Shown: positions 18,782 to 29,331, numbered from the stretch's first letter. The stretch is DNA of 64,000 nucleotides from Truepera sp. (GCA_965218435.1 CBDCKW010000009.1:1984001-2048000), one strand, 5' to 3'. Notes: generated by a model from the sequence alone, not told the origin. Numbers and translations are program-made.

Positions 18782-19978
18782 CTAATCGTGCTTATTTTCT
18801 TCAGGAACCACCCGGATACGGCGACGCTCCCGCAAAGCCCGCACCCGCTGGGGTAACCGGGTGTCCCTAGCGTGCGGAGCCGGGCTAGGCAGCGCCACCG
18901 ACACCGCACGGTCTCGTAAACCCAAAAGACCGTAACTGTACAGCTCACGCACCAGCGCGATCAGCACCGCGAGCAGCGGCACGGCGAGGAGAACGCCCAC
19001 CACGCCGAAGATATACCCGGCCAAAATCTGTGTGACGAGGGTCGCCGCAGGCGGGATGCTGAGCTGACGGCGAACGATGGAGGGCGTTAAGACGTTACTC
19101 TCGAGCAGCTGTATCCCCAAGTACGCCGCGACCATCAGCGGAATCCGCGTCGGGTCGGTGACGAGCAAAAAGACTACGATGGGAATCACGGGCAAGATTG
19201 CGCCGATATTCGGAATAAAGGTGGCAAGTCCGGCAAAAACCGCGACGACCATCACGTTGGGCATCCCTAGCGCACCTAAAATCAGCGCCACTAGGCTGAC
19301 CGTTATCGAAATCGAAATGAGCAGCGTCGAGAGCCACGTCCTGAGCGTGTGATAGAGCACGCTCCAGAGCCCGCGCAGCTGCGCCTGTCGCCGCGCCGGA
19401 ACCAGATAGAGGCTGGCCCGCACATACGCTTTGGGTTCCGCGATAAAAAAGATCGCCAGCATCACGACCAGAAACAAGTTGGCTAAAAGTGTAAACACGA
19501 AGTTGCCGCCGCTGACCAAAACCGGCAGACCCTGACTGAGGGCGTTACCGACGAGTTGCCGGAGGCGTTCGGGGGTAAACGAGGCGCTGTTTAAGTTGCC
19601 CGTCAGAGGTGGCAGCGTCCGGCCCAAGAGGGTGTCTTGGTCACTCAACGCGGTGTACGACTGGCTCAGCCGAGTGACGAACGCCGGGACACGCTGCGCC
19701 AATGCGTAGAGGTCGGCCCCGATTGCCGGGACGAGCCAAACACTTAAACCCGACCCGAGCGCCAAAACCAGCAGCACCGACAAGATAACAGCCAGCGCCC
19801 GGGGCAGCACGCGCTCCAAATAGCTCACCGGAATACTGACCAACACCGCCAAGACAATCGCCAAAAACGCCAGGATGAAGGTCGTACGAAACCGCCACAA
19901 CGCAACCAAAAATACGAGGATAACCAGTACGAACAGGGTTCGCAGCGCAAACTTCCGAAACGTCACTCGGGCCTCCAT
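18782..19978 (-). CDS. AI-2E family transporter
   Basis: FIPNIGA, QLLESNVLTP and GVLLAVP motifs; start approximate. Confidence 0.88.
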   Translation of the reverse strand: MEARVTFRKFALRTLFVLVILVFLVALWRFRTTFILAFLAIVLAVLVSIPVSYLERVLPRALAVILSVLLVLALGSGLSVWLVPAIGADLYALAQRVPAFVTRLSQSYTALSDQDTLLGRTLPPLTGNLNSASFTPERLRQLVGNALSQGLPVLVSGGNFVFTLLANLFLVVMLAIFFIAEPKAYVRASLYLVPARRQAQLRGLWSVLYHTLRTWLSTLLISISITVSLVALILGALGMPNVMVVAVFAGLATFIPNIGAILPVIPIVVFLLVTDPTRIPLMVAAYLGIQLLESNVLTPSIVRRQLSIPPAATLVTQILAGYIFGVVGVLLAVPLLAVLIALVRELYSYGLLGLRDRAVSVALPSPAPHARDTRLPQRVRALRERRRIRVVPEENKHD

Positions 19979-20078
19979 TTTAGCAGTCGGCAGCTATTCA
20001 TCGTTCGCCTACCCTATCACCAAGAACAGCAGCCATATCTGGTGTAGATTAAAGCAAATCAGAAGTGAAAGGATAACT

Positions 20079-20927
20079 ATGATCAAATACGGCGCACATG
20101 GGTTTGTTTGGCTGGGGGACTGGAGCACCGAAGCGGGTAACGACACGATTCGCAGAGCGGCCGAGACGGGCTTCGACCTCCTCGAGATTCCCCTACTAGA
20201 CCCGGACAATTTTGACGCGAAAAGTCATAAGCGGGTTTTGGATGAGGTAGGGCTCGAGGCCACCATCTCGCTCGCGCTGCCCCGCGAAGTGCACATGCCC
20301 GACCACCCCGAAGAGGCCAAAAGGTTTTTGCGCCGCATTTTGGACCATATGGACGAACTCGGCAGTACCTATCTTGCCGGTTGCCTCGGCTACTCGCTCG
20401 GAGCCTTAACGGGCAAACCGCCGACCGCCGAAGAACGCCAGATTATCGTAGACAACTTACGTGAAGTGGCCGAGGACGCCAAAGTGCGCGGCATTACGAT
20501 GGCGTTAGAAGCGTGTAACCGCTACGAGACGCACCTTTACAACACGCTCTCCGACACCCGCGAGGCGGTGCTCGCCATCGGCACCGAGAATATGCAACTT
20601 CACGCCGACACCTATCACATGAATATCGAAGAGGAGGGCTTTTACACGCCCTTCGCCCAAACAAAAGACGTTTTAGGGCACGTCCACATGAGCGAAAGCC
20701 ACCGTGGACTCGTCGGTACCGGCACCGTGAACTGGGATGAAGCGTTTCGGGGCCTGAAAGACGCGAACTTTTCCGGCAATTTGGTCTTAGAATCGTTTGC
20801 CGCCATCAATCCGACGATTGCCGCTGCCACCTGCTTGTGGCGTCCGACGAATCAGCCGCCGGAGGTTTTGGCGACGCAGGGCTTGGCTTTTTTGAAAGAA
20901 GGCGCGAGAAAACACGGTTTAGCCTAA
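20079..20927 (+). CDS. sugar phosphate isomerase / ketose 3-epimerase family
   Basis: EACNRYET, DTYHMNIEE, HMSESHRG and ESF. ATG at 20079 after AAGGA. Confidence 0.88.
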   Translation: MIKYGAHGFVWLGDWSTEAGNDTIRRAAETGFDLLEIPLLDPDNFDAKSHKRVLDEVGLEATISLALPREVHMPDHPEEAKRFLRRILDHMDELGSTYLAGCLGYSLGALTGKPPTAEERQIIVDNLREVAEDAKVRGITMALEACNRYETHLYNTLSDTREAVLAIGTENMQLHADTYHMNIEEEGFYTPFAQTKDVLGHVHMSESHRGLVGTGTVNWDEAFRGLKDANFSGNLVLESFAAINPTIAAATCLWRPTNQPPEVLATQGLAFLKEGARKHGLA

Positions 20928-20947
20928 GCCGAAGCTCAGATAACTAT

Positions 20948-20980
20948 GCCCGGCACCTTTTGTAGGTGCCGGGCTACTTT
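20948..20980. terminator. stem-loop terminator between convergent genes
   Basis: GCCCGGCACCT-N5-AGGTGCCGGGC. Confidence 0.75.
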
Positions 20981-21013
20981 GGGTAAAAACGCGTTACTGA
21001 GAACAGACGTTAC

Positions 21014-21241
21014 TTACAGGTCATCCTCGTTCTCATCTTCTAGCACCACGTCATAATCGTCTTCATCTGATTCGTACTCGTCATCATCAGGGTACTGATC
21101 GTCTTCTAACGAATTGGAACTCTCGTCGAGTTCATCAGGGTACATGTCGTAGTCCACCGCTTCGGTTTCGTCGTCAAAATCATCCGGATTGGTCTGTAGG
21201 TAAAGCCGCTGCACAGTAGAAGAACCTGTAGAAAAGTCCAT
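21014..21241 (-). CDS. very acidic small hypothetical protein
   Basis: GGAGGG RBS; Asp/Glu-dominated 75 aa. Confidence 0.6.
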   Translation of the reverse strand: MDFSTGSSTVQRLYLQTNPDDFDDETEAVDYDMYPDELDESSNSLEDDQYPDDDEYESDEDDYDVVLEDENEDDL

Positions 21242-21313
21242 CTTTCCCTCCTGCGGTTATTTTGAGCAAGCGGCGAACGTAAAACTGTAAGGCGGGGCAA
21301 AGTTATGGCACGA

Positions 21314-22537
21314 TTATTGAATGGTGATGCGGTCGGGTGAAACGACCTCAAACCAACCGCCTGTCTTAGAGCCGCCGTCAAGCCGAACTATGACCGCAGA
21401 ACCTATATTCTTATCTGCGCTAAATGCTTTGACGAAACGAACCGGTTCTTGAGGGAGTTTGGCAGAAAAAGCATTACCGTCTTCTATACGAATAACTTCA
21501 AAAGAAACGTCGAAGTCTACAGGAGAGTAGTCAGTCATTTTTGCAAAAAAGTCTTTGAGGGTTCTAGGGTCTAGTACAGTGATAACACCGTAAACACCTG
21601 GTTGCGCCGCTTTTAGCTCGAGCTTAGTCCCTTCTAATGGCGTATCTGTATCTACACGTGGATTTACAACGAAAAAACCTTGCTTCATCTCGATTGGGTT
21701 GACTAAGTTTCTAAAGAAAATGTTCTCGAGATAGTTATCATAGAATTCATTGCCGTTTACCGACCTCAATTTGGTTCCGACTTGGAACGAGATATCGCCG
21801 AGATGCACGGTAGGATTTTTGGTCCCTTCAAGACGGATGGGCAGTTTAGACTGCTTACCTATGGCCTTAAGCAAATCCCAGAGTGAAAGAGCATTGGGAA
21901 CAGCAGAGATTTCAGTACCTTTAGTCGTTTCGTTCGAGTCGAGAGACCACACTACTTCACCCGAGTCATTAATGAATAGCGAAGAAGTACCTAAAGGAAC
22001 TTTAATCGGAGGTAGGTTGGGAAACGTGAGCATCAGCATTTTACCCTCTTGGCGAACTGTCACACCCTGCGCTTCTAACGTTTTTGTCAACGCTTTTGTG
22101 TCGAGCCAGAGGTTATTATCCAACTTCTGACACGAGTTGAAAGCTCTAAGCACGGAGTCAGTTCGGAGAGCCTCTGTACACTTTGGTGAAGGCCAGTAGA
22201 AGGAACCTATCACCGGCGACTGTGCAACGCCTTTCGGCAAAAACGCCGCTATCAAGACAAACGCCGCCGCTAACGCCGCCCCTGAGCCTAACAACGTTGG
22301 AAAGGTATAAAGCTTCGCCATCCCTAAACTCACCTCCTGTGGTTTACCCAGTTCTGCAAGTGCCTTTTTTACGGCGTCCGTTTCCCTCAACCCGGCAATC
22401 TGATAACTCAGCGCCCGCTCGTGCAGGTGCGCCGCCAGCTCTTCTCTGACCTCGAGCCGCTTTTTACCCCACAGCCCCCGCGTCGCCCGCCGTAAGTACG
22501 TTTCTACCTGGGTTTCGGTTGCCGCTTCGTGCTTCAT
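21314..22537 (-). CDS. PadR-partner membrane-anchored protein (permease-prefix-type N-domain, large extracytoplasmic C-domain)
   Basis: YLRRATRGLWG..EVREEL..HL...ALAELG N-terminus, one TM segment; ATGA overlap with padR. Confidence 0.75.
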   Translation of the reverse strand: MKHEAATETQVETYLRRATRGLWGKKRLEVREELAAHLHERALSYQIAGLRETDAVKKALAELGKPQEVSLGMAKLYTFPTLLGSGAALAAAFVLIAAFLPKGVAQSPVIGSFYWPSPKCTEALRTDSVLRAFNSCQKLDNNLWLDTKALTKTLEAQGVTVRQEGKMLMLTFPNLPPIKVPLGTSSLFINDSGEVVWSLDSNETTKGTEISAVPNALSLWDLLKAIGKQSKLPIRLEGTKNPTVHLGDISFQVGTKLRSVNGNEFYDNYLENIFFRNLVNPIEMKQGFFVVNPRVDTDTPLEGTKLELKAAQPGVYGVITVLDPRTLKDFFAKMTDYSPVDFDVSFEVIRIEDGNAFSAKLPQEPVRFVKAFSADKNIGSAVIVRLDGGSKTGGWFEVVSPDRITIQ

Positions 22538-22860
22538 TTCGCCCCCCAAAGTGCGCCGACCGCGCCGTTAAAGCGTTCCCAAGCGGCGCGTTTTTCAGCG
22601 AGCTGTTTGACGCCCGCGTCGGTCAGGCGGTAGTAGCGGCGGCGTGGGCCGCCCGTGTCGGACGGAGCAAACTCGGCCCCCAAGAAGCGGGCTTTCTCGA
22701 GCCGGTGCAGCGCCGGGTAGAGACTTCCCTCCTTGAAGTTGAAGTAACCGTCGGTACGGTCTTTGGCTTCAGCGATAATCTCTAAACCGTATTTGGGACC
22801 GTCCTCTAAAATGGCGAGCAAGATGAGGTCGAAGTTGTCGCGCAGCAAACCTTTACTCAT
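22534..22860 (-). CDS. PadR family regulator
   Basis: YGLEI, EGSLYPALHRLE and RRRYYRLT; GGAGG RBS before ATG at 22860. Confidence 0.93.
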   Translation of the reverse strand: MSKGLLRDNFDLILLAILEDGPKYGLEIIAEAKDRTDGYFNFKEGSLYPALHRLEKARFLGAEFAPSDTGGPRRRYYRLTDAGVKQLAEKRAAWERFNGAVGALWGAK

Positions 22861-22882
22861 GGCACCTCCGTGCAGCATTTTT

Positions 22883-22934
22883 ACATAGCGTCGCTAGGTA
22901 GGTGCATAGTAAGCTTAGGTAGCTAGCTTGTCAA
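22883..22934 (-). promoter_or_regulatory. padR promoter with two palindromic boxes
   Basis: TTGACA-17-TACTAT; ACATAG-N5-CTAGGT (22883-22899) and GCATAG-N5-TTAGGT (22904-22920). Confidence 0.65.
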
Positions 22935-23016
22935 GTATCAGCTTGTCAAGCTTTTGGAGTGTCAAGCCGGGTGTACGCTGGCTTAACTCGAGGTGTAAAG
23001 ACATGGAGGTGTCAGG

Positions 23017-23781
23017 GTGGCGCGTCAGGGTATGAGGGGCTCAACGGTCTTTGGCATCGTTTTGGGTGCGGCGCTCGTGGTGAGCTTTATCAGCTCGAGG
23101 CGGGGTGGCGCGGAAGCGGGGCAGGTTTTGGTCTCATCGGGTAATGGTGTCGCGGAAACGAGAGACATCGGGCGTTTTAGCGGCGTCAGTTTGTCGGGGA
23201 TTGGCAACGTCACGGTGAGCCTGGGCGAGAAACCGAGCCTCGAGGTGCGTGCGCCAGAAAATGTGCGGAGGAGCTTGCAAATCACCGTCGAGCACGACAC
23301 CCTGATGCTTCGCACCAAACGCGGCGCACGGTTGCCGAGGGGAAGCCGCGTCAGCTACCGCGTGGTGACGCCGAGCTTAGAACGGCTTGCTGTGTCGGGC
23401 GCAGGTGACATCCGGGCCGAGAAGCTCGAGGGGGACGGCGTGACCCTCTCATCAAGTGGGGCAGGCAGTCTTTATGTTCAAGACGTGCAGGCAGACGAGC
23501 TCGAGGCCGACTTGACCGGCGCGGGCGATATGCAGCTTTCGGGTAAGGTAGGTGAGCAAAAGGTCACGGTTTCGGGTGCGGGCAGCTATCAGGCGTGTGC
23601 GTTAGAAAGCGAAGACGCTGAAATTGATGTTTCGGGTGCAGGCGACGCGTTTGTTCAGGCTACCGACATCTTAGACGTCACGGTGTCCGGGGCGAGCGAC
23701 GTGCGTTACCGGGGCGACGCGGAGGTCTCCTCGAGCGTTTCCGGCAGCGGCTCGGTGTCGCGTTCGGAGAGCTGCGGTTAG
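23017..23781 (+). CDS. head-GIN / DUF2807 domain protein
   Basis: Repeated SGAGD/SGAGS beta-solenoid motifs after an N-terminal hydrophobic anchor. Confidence 0.85.
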   Translation: MARQGMRGSTVFGIVLGAALVVSFISSRRGGAEAGQVLVSSGNGVAETRDIGRFSGVSLSGIGNVTVSLGEKPSLEVRAPENVRRSLQITVEHDTLMLRTKRGARLPRGSRVSYRVVTPSLERLAVSGAGDIRAEKLEGDGVTLSSSGAGSLYVQDVQADELEADLTGAGDMQLSGKVGEQKVTVSGAGSYQACALESEDAEIDVSGAGDAFVQATDILDVTVSGASDVRYRGDAEVSSSVSGSGSVSRSESCG

Positions 23782-23862
23782 GCACCGGTTAAACGTCTGC
23801 TCTCATCCAAAACGTAAGCTGTCCTGTGATTTAGACGTGCAAAAAGGTGAACACTAAAAAAC

Positions 23863-24099
23863 ATGTCTGCCGATATTGACTCCAAACGTGCCACCCCCGA
23901 CGAGTACACCCGCGAAATCGAGCGTATCCACAAACTTATTGACGCAATTCACCAGCAGGCTGAAACTCTGCAGCGAGCAGCGCACGACCTACCTGACGGT
24001 CAAGGCCAAGAGCTTGACGATAAGGCTGCCGAACTGCTTCACGTCGCTGACGAAATGTTAGAAGAGGTTGGGGAGCTCGAGCACCACCAGCACTCCTAA
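23863..24099 (+). CDS. small helical hypothetical protein
   Basis: ORF with AAGGTG upstream and coiled-coil-like composition. Confidence 0.55.
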   Translation: MSADIDSKRATPDEYTREIERIHKLIDAIHQQAETLQRAAHDLPDGQGQELDDKAAELLHVADEMLEEVGELEHHQHS

Positions 24100-24110
24100 T
24101 CCCAGCCAGC

Positions 24111-25601
24111 CTAGAGCTTGTGAACGACACCCTTCGTCGCTTCGTAAAGCGCCTTATATTGCTCAAACAGCGCGTCGTAGCGAGAGGCTAACGCTTTATT
24201 CGGTTCAACGGTGCGCGTCTCCCCTACCCACGCGCTGAGGTCGTCACGGTTGACCAGACCGGTTGCCAATCCAGCTAAAAAGGCGTCGCCGTAACTTGCG
24301 CCGATGGTTTCTTTGGGCACGACTTGTGGGGTTTTAGCAATGTCGGTAACGAGCTGCACCCAGGTGTCACCCTGCGTGCCGCCGCCGACGGCAACCACTC
24401 GTTTAGGCGGCGCACCGAGGTCTCTAAACGCTTCGATATTCTGCCGAATGCCGAAACCGACCCCTTCCAAAGTCGCCCGGAAAAGATGCTCACGGGTGTG
24501 CGAAAGGGTCAGTCCGGCAATGACGCCTTTGGCGCGCGGGTCATTGATAGGCGTGCGTTCACCGCTAAAATAAGGCAGCAGCAAGAGACCCTCTGAACCG
24601 GGGGCGATGGTTTTAGCGCCGTCAAAAAGCTTGGCGTAAGCTTCATCTTCAGGATATTCCTGCGCGAAGTTGTCACGAAACCAGCGCGTCAGCGAGCCAG
24701 TCGTAGACATTCCGGCGGCGAGCGCGTATTGACCTGCAAACGCGCCCGCGGTTGTCCAAGTCCGCACATCGGGCACGGGTTGCGTCAAAACTAAGATAAA
24801 AAAGGTCGTGCTGCCGTACATCACCATCAGGTCGCCGGGCTCCGTCACGCCGACACTCAAGGCTTCGCTGAGGGCGTCTACTGCGCCGACGGCGACAGGC
24901 GTCCCGGCTTTAAGGCCCGTTTCTTGGGCGGCTTCGGGGGTGATTTCACCCGCGACTTCGTCACTCCAGGCGAGGCGCGGGAGCAGCGAAAGAGGCGCAA
25001 CGGCGTCAGCAAAACGGGGGGACCACTCGAGCGTCTCTATATCAATGAGCGGCATGTAGTGGCTCGCCGTGTGTTTATCCATCACCCATTCTTGCGTCAG
25101 GCGGTAGACCAGATAACCGCTGGCTGTCGTCAGGTGCGCAGTTTTGGCCCAGACCTCCGGTTCGTGACGCTTAAGCCACAAGATTTTCGGGCCGATGGCC
25201 TGGGAGGTCAAGGCCATCCCGGAAAACTCGAAGATCGTTTCTTCGCCAAGTTGCTCGTTGAGGATGTCAATCTCTTCGCCAGCACGGGTATCTACCCCAT
25301 ACAAAATCCCTTTGCGGAGCGGTCGCCCCTCTTTATCGAGTGGCAGCAGACACGGCCCGATGGCGCTGACCGCAACGCCCGCCACGTCGTCCCCGCTGTA
25401 CGGCGACCCGTTAAGTAAAACCCGACAGATACTTACGACATCGGCCCACCACACTTTGTCAGCGTCTTGCTCGGCCCAACCGGGGTACGGAATGTCCATC
25501 TTGTGCGGAACGACGTGCTGCTTTAAGACCTCGCCCGCCGGGGTCACGAGCACGCCTTTAGACGAATAGGTGCCGACGTCAATCCCTAAAAGAAGCTTCA
25601 T
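24111..25601 (-). CDS. FGGY-family carbohydrate kinase (xylulokinase-like)
   Basis: LGIDVGT, PYFSGERTP and VGGG. Confidence 0.9.
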   Translation of the reverse strand: MKLLLGIDVGTYSSKGVLVTPAGEVLKQHVVPHKMDIPYPGWAEQDADKVWWADVVSICRVLLNGSPYSGDDVAGVAVSAIGPCLLPLDKEGRPLRKGILYGVDTRAGEEIDILNEQLGEETIFEFSGMALTSQAIGPKILWLKRHEPEVWAKTAHLTTASGYLVYRLTQEWVMDKHTASHYMPLIDIETLEWSPRFADAVAPLSLLPRLAWSDEVAGEITPEAAQETGLKAGTPVAVGAVDALSEALSVGVTEPGDLMVMYGSTTFFILVLTQPVPDVRTWTTAGAFAGQYALAAGMSTTGSLTRWFRDNFAQEYPEDEAYAKLFDGAKTIAPGSEGLLLLPYFSGERTPINDPRAKGVIAGLTLSHTREHLFRATLEGVGFGIRQNIEAFRDLGAPPKRVVAVGGGTQGDTWVQLVTDIAKTPQVVPKETIGASYGDAFLAGLATGLVNRDDLSAWVGETRTVEPNKALASRYDALFEQYKALYEATKGVVHKL

Positions 25602-25883
25602 CCCTCTTTCTAGCACATGCGCTGCGCTTTGGGGAGATTGTTAGCTTCTATTGACACTCTGAAATTAGCAATTGTTGGCAGCGTGTAATACGAGAGAAGT
25701 AGGAAGACGGTGACCAGATAACGAGAATACTGTCTCTCACGTACTTAAAGCGGGATAATAAGAGCAAACATTAACCTGGCTTGAACTTACGGATTTTGAC
25801 GAACGGGATGACTAAAAAGCTGCGACCTCAAAGCTGTGATTTCACTCGAGCACTCATCCCCGGTACCCTTATAAGCAGGTCAC

Positions 25884-25915
25884 AAAAAAACCGCCCCGAA
25901 ATATCTAGCGGAGCG
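25884..25915 (-). terminator. intrinsic terminator after the dodecin gene
   Basis: CCGCTCCG...CGGGGCGG followed by T7 on the - strand. Confidence 0.6.
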
Positions 25916-25969
25916 GAAACGGGTTACGGCGCGGTGTTACCAGCGTGCCGCATAGATTGACAAGTCAAC

Positions 25970-26182
25970 TTAACGCGTTTCGTCCTCGACTACGAACGAG
26001 ACTTTAGCGTTGACGCGGTAGTTGACGATTTGATCGTTTTCAACGACCGCCTGCATCTCTTTGACGTAGATACTCTGCACGCCCCGCGTCGTTTTGGTCA
26101 CTTCGGCGCAGGCCACCCGCACTGCGTCGTCAAAGCTCTTGTCGGACTGCGCTAAAACTTCGATTACCTTTACAATAGCCAT
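25970..26182 (-). CDS. dodecin family protein
   Basis: MAIVKVIEVLAQSDKSFDDAV...YRVNAKVSF; ATG at 26182 after GGAGA. Confidence 0.88.
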   Translation of the reverse strand: MAIVKVIEVLAQSDKSFDDAVRVACAEVTKTTRGVQSIYVKEMQAVVENDQIVNYRVNAKVSFVVEDETR

Positions 26183-26488
26183 GGTTTCTCCTCTACCTGA
26201 GGGTAGCTCGAGGCCCGCCCCAATAGCAAACCGGCTAGGGTCTGCTTTATCCTTTCGGGCCAGAAAATTATAGGAAAAACCACATAAGCACAAGCCGGTC
26301 CGGTCTCCGCGCCTTTCCGCGTCTCGGCGCCAACAGGTATGCGGCTGTTACATCTTCTCTAACATAGATAGTGGTAGTCTAGCGGCACAGGAGAAGTTAT
26401 ACCCCAGGAGGTGGTAACCGGCGCAAGGTCACTGAACATCGCTATTCAAACCGTCACCACTTAGTTAAGTTAAACGTAAGGAGAGGTT

Positions 26489-28144
26489 ATGTCTATGTGC
26501 TCGAAACTTAAACGTCTAGTCGTTGCTGCAGCCGCGCTGCTGCTCTTCGCTACGCCAGTGTTCGCCCAAGTCAAAACGGGTGGCACCGTCCGGGTCGCCC
26601 GCTCGTCAGGGTCGTATACGAACAACTCGAACCCCTTCGGCACCGCCGGTCAAAACCTGCCGAGTACGGCGCTCATCTACGAACCGCTGTTTTTTGTCAA
26701 CACCGTCACCGGTGACCTATCGCCCATTTTGGGCACCTCGTACAAGTGGAGCAAAGACAACCTCACGCTGACCGTTAAGACGCGTGAAGGCGTGCAGTGG
26801 AGTGACGGGAAGCCGTTCTCCGCTAAAGACGTTGCGTTTACCTTTAATTATCTAAAAGAGCATCCCGAACTCGACACCGCCGGGGTTTGGGCGCTGGGCG
26901 TTAAAAGCGTCGAAGCGAAAGATGATACCACCGTCGTTTTTACCTTTGGAACCGCGAATACGCCGCTGTTAAGTGATATTGCCGGGCGTACCATCGCCCC
27001 GGAACATATCTGGAGCCAGATCGCCGACCCGGTGCAAGAGGTAAATCAAAACCCCGTCGGCACCGGACCGTTTATGCTCAGCTCGTTCGCGCCACAGCTG
27101 ATCAAGGTCGTTAAAAATCCGAACTACTGGCTGAAAGGGCAACCTTACGTGGACGGCGTGACCTTTCAGGTGACCAATAGCAACCAGGCCGCCTTACTGC
27201 TGCTTCTACAAAACCAGGCCGACTACGCCTACACCCAGATTCCCAACGTCGAGCAGACCTACAACGCCCGCGATCCCCAGACGTATGTGTCGTGGTGGCC
27301 GGTCAACAACGAAAACATCTTGTACCTCAACACGTTAAAAGCGCCGTTTGAAGATATGGCGTTTCGTAACGCGGTAGCGAGGGCCATTAACAAAGACGAC
27401 GTAGCCGCTAAAGCTTACGCCGGTACGAAAGTTGAGGCGGCCAACCCGACCGCGATTATTCCGGCGCAGCAAGGAGAGTGGCTTAACGCTTCGCTGCAAG
27501 AACCGGCCTACAGCTTTGACCCGGACACGGCGCGCAGCATGTTGGAAAAAGCCGGGTACAGCTACAACGGCAATACGCTGCTCGGCAAAGACGGTCAGCC
27601 GCTGCCGACCTTTAATATCCTCGTCGGCGCAGGCTGGACGGACTTTATCACCATGGCGCAGGTGATCTCGCAGAACCTGCAAGCTTTAGGGATCAACTCG
27701 TCTATTCAGCAAGAGAACTGGGGCTCATACTCACGGGGCCTTCAAAGCGGTACCTACGATATGGCGATCTCGTGGGGTTGGGGCAACGGCGCAACCCCTT
27801 ACTACCTCTACAACCGCTCGCTCTCACCCGAATTCTCCGCGCCCAAGATCGGTGAGACCGCCGACTCGAACTTTTCCCGGCTGACGGACCCAGCGGTAAC
27901 GAAGGCGCTGGCGACCTTCCGGCAGACCAGCGACCAGAGCGTCCAAAAAGAAGCGGTCAACACCATTGCGCAGTTCGTCGTCAAAGACGTGCCTTATGTA
28001 CCGCTGACCGACCGGGTGCAGTTTTCAAACTTTAACTTGTCAACCTTTACCGGTTGGCCCTCACCCGAAAATCCCTATACCGACGGCGGCCCCGACGATT
28101 CATCCGCCGGTCTGCTGATGTTCCGTGAGGTACATCTGAAGTAA
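26489..28144 (+). CDS. family 5 ABC substrate-binding protein (probably oligosaccharide-binding)
   Basis: Signal peptide, IYEPL, WSDGKPFSAKDVAFTF, PVGTGPF and AGWTD. Confidence 0.88.
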   Translation: MSMCSKLKRLVVAAAALLLFATPVFAQVKTGGTVRVARSSGSYTNNSNPFGTAGQNLPSTALIYEPLFFVNTVTGDLSPILGTSYKWSKDNLTLTVKTREGVQWSDGKPFSAKDVAFTFNYLKEHPELDTAGVWALGVKSVEAKDDTTVVFTFGTANTPLLSDIAGRTIAPEHIWSQIADPVQEVNQNPVGTGPFMLSSFAPQLIKVVKNPNYWLKGQPYVDGVTFQVTNSNQAALLLLLQNQADYAYTQIPNVEQTYNARDPQTYVSWWPVNNENILYLNTLKAPFEDMAFRNAVARAINKDDVAAKAYAGTKVEAANPTAIIPAQQGEWLNASLQEPAYSFDPDTARSMLEKAGYSYNGNTLLGKDGQPLPTFNILVGAGWTDFITMAQVISQNLQALGINSSIQQENWGSYSRGLQSGTYDMAISWGWGNGATPYYLYNRSLSPEFSAPKIGETADSNFSRLTDPAVTKALATFRQTSDQSVQKEAVNTIAQFVVKDVPYVPLTDRVQFSNFNLSTFTGWPSPENPYTDGGPDDSSAGLLMFREVHLK

Positions 28145-28156
28145 GTCGGGCGTAAA

Positions 28157-28201
28157 GAGTAACGAGCAACGGGTGCCGAATATGCTCGTTGCTCACTTTT
28201 T
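28157..28201 (+). terminator. stem-loop/U-tract after the SBP gene
   Basis: GAGTAACGAGCA...TGCTCGTTGCTC followed by ACTTTTT. Confidence 0.6.
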
Positions 28202-28344
28202 GTAGCAGGTATCAGCTGCGTTCTCACTGCGTTCGGAACTGGTCAATAGTGCTCTGTAGCTAAGCTTTACTGACCCGTGCGTATTATGGGATGATACCGG
28301 TAGCAACTCGCAGAAATGCTGTTATCTCTGTTTTAGGAGGTCTT

Positions 28345-29331
28345 ATGCGTTACCTTCTGCGTCGGCTCGGCCTGCTCCTGATTACCGGGTGGGCCGCCCT
28401 GACGATCAACTATGTTTTGCCCCAACTCGTTCCGGGTGATCCGGTAAGCATTATGCTGGCGCGGTACCAAGGGCGACTCTCGCCGCAAGCCGCCGCCGCG
28501 CTGCGCGAAGCGTTCGGCCTCAATACCGATAAAAGTTGGTTCGGGCAGTATCTCGACTACTGGCGGCGGATGCTGACCGGCGACTTCGGGCTTTCGTTAG
28601 GTTTTTTCCCTGCGCCGGTCAGCGACGTTCTGCGGCAGGCGATCCCCTGGACGCTCGGGCTGGTCGGCGTTGCGACGCTCATCGCCTTCACTCTCGGGAC
28701 ACTGCTCGGGGTCTACTCCGGTTGGTGGCGTAACACGCCCGTCGGCGACAGCATGGTGCTGGTTTCGCTGTTTCTCAACGGCGTCCCCTATTTTTGGTTT
28801 GCTTTAATTATTCTTTACGTCTTTGCCTTTTTGCTCAACTGGTTTCCGCTGAGTGGCGGTTACGGGACGGTGGTGACCCGCGCCGACGGTTTCGCGTGGG
28901 TGCTGAGCGTGCTCTACCACAGCTTTTTGCCCGCGCTGACGATTATCGTGACAGCGACGGGCGGCTGGCTGTTAACGATGCGCAACAACCTCGTCGGCGT
29001 TTTAGGTGAAGATTACGTGTCGTTTGCTCGTGCGAAAGGGCTCTCGCAGCGCCGGGTAATGTTTCGCTACGCCGCGCGGAATGCGATTCTACCGAGTTTT
29101 ACCGCCTTTGCGATGGCGCTTGGGTTCGTTATCAGTGGGTCGCTCTTAACGGAGATCGTCTTTTCGTATCCGGGGATCGGCTTTACGCTCTTACAGGCCG
29201 TCGTCAGTCTGGATTACCCGCTCATGCAAGCCGTATTTTTGTTTATCACGCTGGCGGTGCTCGTAGCAAACTTTTTGGTGGACATCGCCTACGTGTTCCT
29301 CGACCCGCGTGTCCGTAGTGAGGGTAGCTAA
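28345..29331 (+). CDS. ABC permease (DppB-like)
   Basis: PGDP, EDYVSFARAKGL and EIVFSYPGIG; AGGAGG RBS. Confidence 0.92.
   Translation: MRYLLRRLGLLLITGWAALTINYVLPQLVPGDPVSIMLARYQGRLSPQAAAALREAFGLNTDKSWFGQYLDYWRRMLTGDFGLSLGFFPAPVSDVLRQAIPWTLGLVGVATLIAFTLGTLLGVYSGWWRNTPVGDSMVLVSLFLNGVPYFWFALIILYVFAFLLNWFPLSGGYGTVVTRADGFAWVLSVLYHSFLPALTIIVTATGGWLLTMRNNLVGVLGEDYVSFARAKGLSQRRVMFRYAARNAILPSFTAFAMALGFVISGSLLTEIVFSYPGIGFTLLQAVVSLDYPLMQAVFLFITLAVLVANFLVDIAYVFLDPRVRSEGS

Noticed and set aside
26410..26480. LacI/ROK operator upstream of the SBP gene
   Set aside because: Only half-site similarity and no cognate regulator nearby
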